A stretch of DNA of 10,474 nt from a virus. Its lineage: Duplodnaviria > Heunggongvirae > Uroviricota > Caudoviricetes. The DNA is taken from IMG/VR virus record IMGVR_UViG_2698536570_000004. One strand, given 5' to 3'. The notes under the pieces were generated by a model, which saw nothing but the letters and a program-made list of their open reading frames with translations, was not told the DNA's origin and searched no databases. Below are positions 7,613-10,474 of this stretch, one piece after another. Position 1 is the stretch's first letter; each line of letters starts with the position of its first letter. The position numbers and the translations under genes are program-made.

Positions 7613-8314
7613 TTATTCTAATTCTCGCTCAAAAAACGAGCTAATGAGGGGAAGCCAATCCTCTGACACTTCGCGAGGCCGCGGTTTGCCGTGGAAAAAG
7701 ATTATTCGGCAGTCCTTTGGTAATGTCCCATTCCCCCTGGAGTAACGCGCGCTCGCATATTTTGAACCAGGTTCCACAACATCGGCCTTGTAACTTACAA
7801 ACCATCCTGGATACAGATCCTGAAATGCTGGTGTGTCATCGCCCATAACCTTCCGCAAGAACCCCTGATCCCCCCAGCACTCAGTTGTAACACAACGAGC
7901 AATCCAACCTTCCGGATCTTGCCAGAATGCACTCCAGATATGCGCTTTTACACTATTTGGTATCCACAGAGCACCGCTGCCACGATATTGTGGATGGTAA
8001 AAATCCCTAAGCATGGTGAAGTTGGTTGGTGGATTCTCAAGAATTGGGCGTATATCACCGGCAATAACCGTGTCCAAATCCAGATAGAACAGATCATCGG
8101 TTATATCAGGTCGGAACAACTCGATTTTCGCCCACCAGCCACGGCACTTTTGCCACTGGTTGATTAATGGGACAACCTTAACGCCTGGCACATGTAAACG
8201 CTTCAGGTCTGTCAGGCAAATAATTTCATAGCCTTTTGGCAGTTGATTAACCAGCCACTGCACATCGGAAGCGTTATAGTCACCACCAGAGCGAAGAACT
8301 AAAGCAATCTTCAT
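7613..8314 (-). CDS. Hypothetical protein (233 aa), possibly a nucleotide-sugar glycosyltransferase-like enzyme (acidic LDLD, DxD-like motif)
   Basis: ATG at 8314 overlaps the upstream phosphatase stop (ATGA). It contains ...[13 protein letters not shown]... and a C-terminal ...[10 protein letters not shown]... segment. The glycosyltransferase call rests only on the DxD-like motif and is weak. Confidence 0.7.
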   Translation of the reverse strand: MKIALVLRSGGDYNASDVQWLVNQLPKGYEIICLTDLKRLHVPGVKVVPLINQWQKCRGWWAKIELFRPDITDDLFYLDLDTVIAGDIRPILENPPTNFTMLRDFYHPQYRGSGALWIPNSVKAHIWSAFWQDPEGWIARCVTTECWGDQGFLRKVMGDDTPAFQDLYPGWFVSYKADVVEPGSKYASARYSRGNGTLPKDCRIIFFHGKPRPREVSEDWLPLISSFFERELE

Positions 8315-9003
8315 GCTGCACCATCACCTTTCACTTTCATCAATGTCAGGTTTCCGCAAAATACGGCACCAGTGTCGATATAATGCTGATTCCAGAATGT
8401 CTTCGGGCTTTTCACCGGAGTGTGACCAAAGATAAAACGATCTGCGCCCGAAATTTCGCCACCAATATCATCCATCGAATCACTGATACGCTCGCGCGCC
8501 CAGACAACGTTGAAAAGCGGCACCTCCTTACCGAATTGATATTCATTATCCGGATAGTCGGCATGAGCTATAACGATAGTTTCTTGCCCGGTGTTCAACT
8601 CAATGATATAGGGCAGTCGTCTTACCAACTCCACCAGCGCCCTGGCTAATATTTCCTGATCAGCGTCCAGCATGAAGAACCATTGACCGCCATTCATTAG
8701 CCAGTTATTCACGTTGCCATCAGGACTTAACGCATCAATCATCAGCCGCTCATGGTTGCCCATAACCGCTCTGAACCATGGCATCTGCAATAGCTCCAGG
8801 CATTTAACATTTTCGGTGCCGCGATCGATAAGGTCGCCGACCGATATCAGTAAATCCTGCGCCGGGTCAAAATCCACACGATGGAGTTCGGACATCAGTC
8901 TGGTGTAGCAACCATGCAGATCACCAACAACCCAGACATTCCTGTATTTGGTCCCGTCGATACGGTGATAAATTGTTGGTGCCATCATGTATTCTTCAGC
9001 CAT
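8311..9003 (-). CDS. Ser/Thr protein phosphatase of the calcineurin-like metallophosphatase family (lambda NinI / E. coli PrpA-PrpB-like)
   Basis: Metallophosphatase motifs GDLHG, GDLIDRG and GNHE, and a C-terminal ...[17 protein letters not shown]... The overall pattern matches lambda NinI-type phosphatases from recall. The likely true start is the second ATG pair (M6/M7, about 8985-8988), which overlaps the upstream gene's TGA. Confidence 0.88.
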   Translation of the reverse strand: MAEEYMMAPTIYHRIDGTKYRNVWVVGDLHGCYTRLMSELHRVDFDPAQDLLISVGDLIDRGTENVKCLELLQMPWFRAVMGNHERLMIDALSPDGNVNNWLMNGGQWFFMLDADQEILARALVELVRRLPYIIELNTGQETIVIAHADYPDNEYQFGKEVPLFNVVWARERISDSMDDIGGEISGADRFIFGHTPVKSPKTFWNQHYIDTGAVFCGNLTLMKVKGDGAA

Positions 9004-9611
9004 TCTTTAAGAGTCATCTGCGGAATACCTCCCATTTTCCCGCATGAAACAACGTCAATCTGTTCACGCGCAGACTGGAATAACAAAGGCAGGTGACTTA
9101 GATTTTTTGGCGTGCCGCCGGAGTGAACGCGTGGTTCTTGCGTAGCGTCAACGCCCACCAGGGCTACATGTTTGAATCCGATATGGAAAGCCAGGTTCAG
9201 AGCACCATATGCACTATTGCCGCTGGCAATTTCATTCTCATCTTCGCAAAGGCCGAAATGTGCGGACCAGCGCCACGCCCACCACTCGGGAGAATTCGTA
9301 TTTTTTGGCTCCGTGCCGCGCTCAGCCACACGACGGAAGCACAGAACGCCGTCTCTGACCTCACGTTCTTTAACATTGGGTAGCGCCATGCAATAACAAA
9401 CACCACGGCGACGGCGGCCACGACCAACGCGCCGCATATTGTCTGGCGATGGATCAAGGGTGAAAAAATAAGAAGCGCGGTTAAGCCAGTCGATGGCCCC
9501 ATTGACCGCTATAATCGGCACTCCGCGCGGCGCAACAAAGTTTGCGGCGCTAGGGCCACTGCCGACGATAATAACGCGATCACTGCCTCTAAATTTATTC
9601 TTGGGAAACAT
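8985..9611 (-). CDS. Rossmann-type protein, paralog B (208 aa): N-terminal VGSGPS glycine loop, IIAVN strand, [26 protein letters not shown] motif; carries an Arg-rich insert ([11 protein letters not shown])
   Basis: ATG at 9611. The motif order matches the sialyltransferase GT42 / MptE-like (DUF115) pattern as I recall it. It is paralogous to the adjacent upstream gene, and the Arg-rich segment is encoded at about 9402-9434. Confidence 0.7.
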   Translation of the reverse strand: MFPKNKFRGSDRVIIVGSGPSAANFVAPRGVPIIAVNGAIDWLNRASYFFTLDPSPDNMRRVGRGRRRRGVCYCMALPNVKEREVRDGVLCFRRVAERGTEPKNTNSPEWWAWRWSAHFGLCEDENEIASGNSAYGALNLAFHIGFKHVALVGVDATQEPRVHSGGTPKNLSHLPLLFQSAREQIDVVSCGKMGGIPQMTLKEWLKNT

Positions 9612-10171
9612 TGAATTGCACTGCTCCTACTTGCATTCAAAATATGTAAATCTGCGTGTTTTTTGCGGGTATCCAGGAACTGCTGTTGCCATTTTGAAAT
9701 AGACACCTGCGTTGGATTCCGTAGTGCTTGAGGGTGTGCTCCATGCCAATGAAGGCCGTTTTGCAGAGAACAGTCATAGCCGACTAATACAACTACTTCA
9801 GCCCCTGATTCAGCCGCCAGACTGATAGCCTGCGCGCCGCTATTAACCCCTTCAGCCGGTCCACAATATCGCCTGTACTCCAACGAAAATGATTTCGCCG
9901 CCGCCAGGTTGGCTGTCACTTTGCGGAATCTCCCTCCCGGTATGGTGGATCCGTATTGCTTCCACCATGACAAATCACCGGCGTATAAGGCATAAATGTC
10001 ATCGAACATCTGCCAGGAATTGTTAACCGCGATGATTGAACAGCCAGTTTTTTCTATAGCAGCACAGTCCTCACGAGTGAGTGACGGACCGCTACCGACA
10101 CAAAAAACAGTCCTAGTCGCCCTGGGTGGTATGTTCATTCTCAGCTGCAAATTCAGCCTCCAGGCGAGCAT
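9509..10171 (-). CDS. Rossmann-type protein, paralog A (209-220 aa): VGSGPS glycine loop, IIAVN, GVNSGAQAISLAAESGAEVVVLVGYD
   Basis: The ORF runs from 10171 to TAG at 9509-9511. The more likely start is the internal ATG at 10136-10138 (MNIPPRATRTVFCVGSGPS), which matches the spacing in paralog B. Its 3' end overlaps the start of paralog B by 103 nt in another frame. Confidence 0.7.
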   Translation of the reverse strand: MLAWRLNLQLRMNIPPRATRTVFCVGSGPSLTREDCAAIEKTGCSIIAVNNSWQMFDDIYALYAGDLSWWKQYGSTIPGGRFRKVTANLAAAKSFSLEYRRYCGPAEGVNSGAQAISLAAESGAEVVVLVGYDCSLQNGLHWHGAHPQALRNPTQVSISKWQQQFLDTRKKHADLHILNASRSSAIQCFPRINLEAVIALLSSAVALAPQTLLRRAECRL

Positions 10172-10268
10172 TCATTTCAGCGATTACCGGGTCCACTACA
10201 GCATCTGCTTCCTGTTCATTACGCGGCATGATCGATGCCAGCGATTCATAATTAGCCTTGGATGACAC
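10113..10268 (-). CDS. Hypothetical small acidic protein (51 aa, MSSKANYESLASIMPRNEQEADAVVDPVIAEMNARLEAEFAAENEHTTQGD)
   Basis: GTG at 10266-10268 preceded by GGGAGA with a 6-nt spacer. The stop overlaps the start region of paralog A. The track ORF 10113..10310 is the same frame extended upstream to a GTG with no RBS. Confidence 0.45.
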   Translation of the reverse strand: MSSKANYESLASIMPRNEQEADAVVDPVIAEMNARLEAEFAAENEHTTQGD

Positions 10269-10334
10269 GATTATTCTCCCGATGTTAATGTGCGCTATAT
10301 CAAAGAGCACACATGCACTAATTAATTTATTATT

Positions 10335-10474
10335 TCACGCAGCGTACAACCACTTGTCACCGTTCAATACATGCTCAATAGCCTCACCCTTTTTAAGGCT
10401 CATGTATTCCAGGAGGCACTGTTGCAAATAGTCGGTGGTGATAAACTTATCATCCCCTTTTGCTGATGGAGCTG
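10335..10474 (-). CDS. Hypothetical protein, C-terminal 45 codons only (gene continues beyond the right edge)
   Basis: The minus-strand frame is open from the window edge to TGA at 10335-10337 (...APSAKGDDKFITTDYLQQCLLEYMSLKKGEAIEHVLNGDKWLYAA). No family recognised from this fragment. Confidence 0.4.
   Translation of the reverse strand, partial: APSAKGDDKFITTDYLQQCLLEYMSLKKGEAIEHVLNGDKWLYAA

Noticed and set aside
7533-8167. + strand ORFs 7533-7745 and 7919-8167
   Set aside because: The first spans an intergenic terminator region and runs into the 3' end of the minus-strand 233-aa gene; the second is antisense to that gene. Neither has motifs.
8383-10265. + strand ORFs across the phosphatase and paralog genes (8383-8649, 8714-8908, 8881-9096, 9123-9383, 9172-9396, 9493-9702, 9996-10265) and the minus-strand ORF 9197-9502
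   Set aside because: All overlap minus-strand genes that are supported by conserved motifs and translational coupling; judged to be antisense or alternate-frame artefacts.
1-10474. CRISPR arrays, tRNA or rRNA genes, IS elements or integrase
   Set aside because: No regularly spaced direct repeats, no cloverleaf-compatible segments and no transposase- or integrase-like ORFs were seen; the only repeats are the 12-bp hsdS repeat and the 13-bp motif described above.

Overview
The window has two parts. On the + strand (1-5202) is a type I restriction-modification locus in the order hsdM (3' end only), hsdS, hsdR, with hallmarks of the type IC family (EcoR124I/EcoDXXI/EcoprrI-like): an M-S ATGA overlap, a duplicated 12-bp TAEL-encoding repeat in the hsdS central region, and a 1038-aa HsdR with helicase and nuclease motifs. 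After a convergent junction (5203-5468) with two hairpins and a candidate small hydrophobic ORF, the rest of the window (5469-10474) is a minus-strand accessory cluster of phage-like and uncharacterised genes. These are an HAD-type phosphatase interrupted by an in-frame TGA, a 420-aa coiled-coil protein, a 72-aa protein, a 233-aa glycosyltransferase-like protein, a lambda NinI-like Ser/Thr phosphatase, two tandem paralogous Rossmann-type proteins, a small acidic protein and a partial gene at the right edge. A 13-bp motif (TTATTAGAGCAAT) occurs three times at gene ends in this cluster. No rRNA, tRNA, CRISPR array or recognisable transposase was seen. All family assignments rest on motifs read by eye and on recall, not on database searches.
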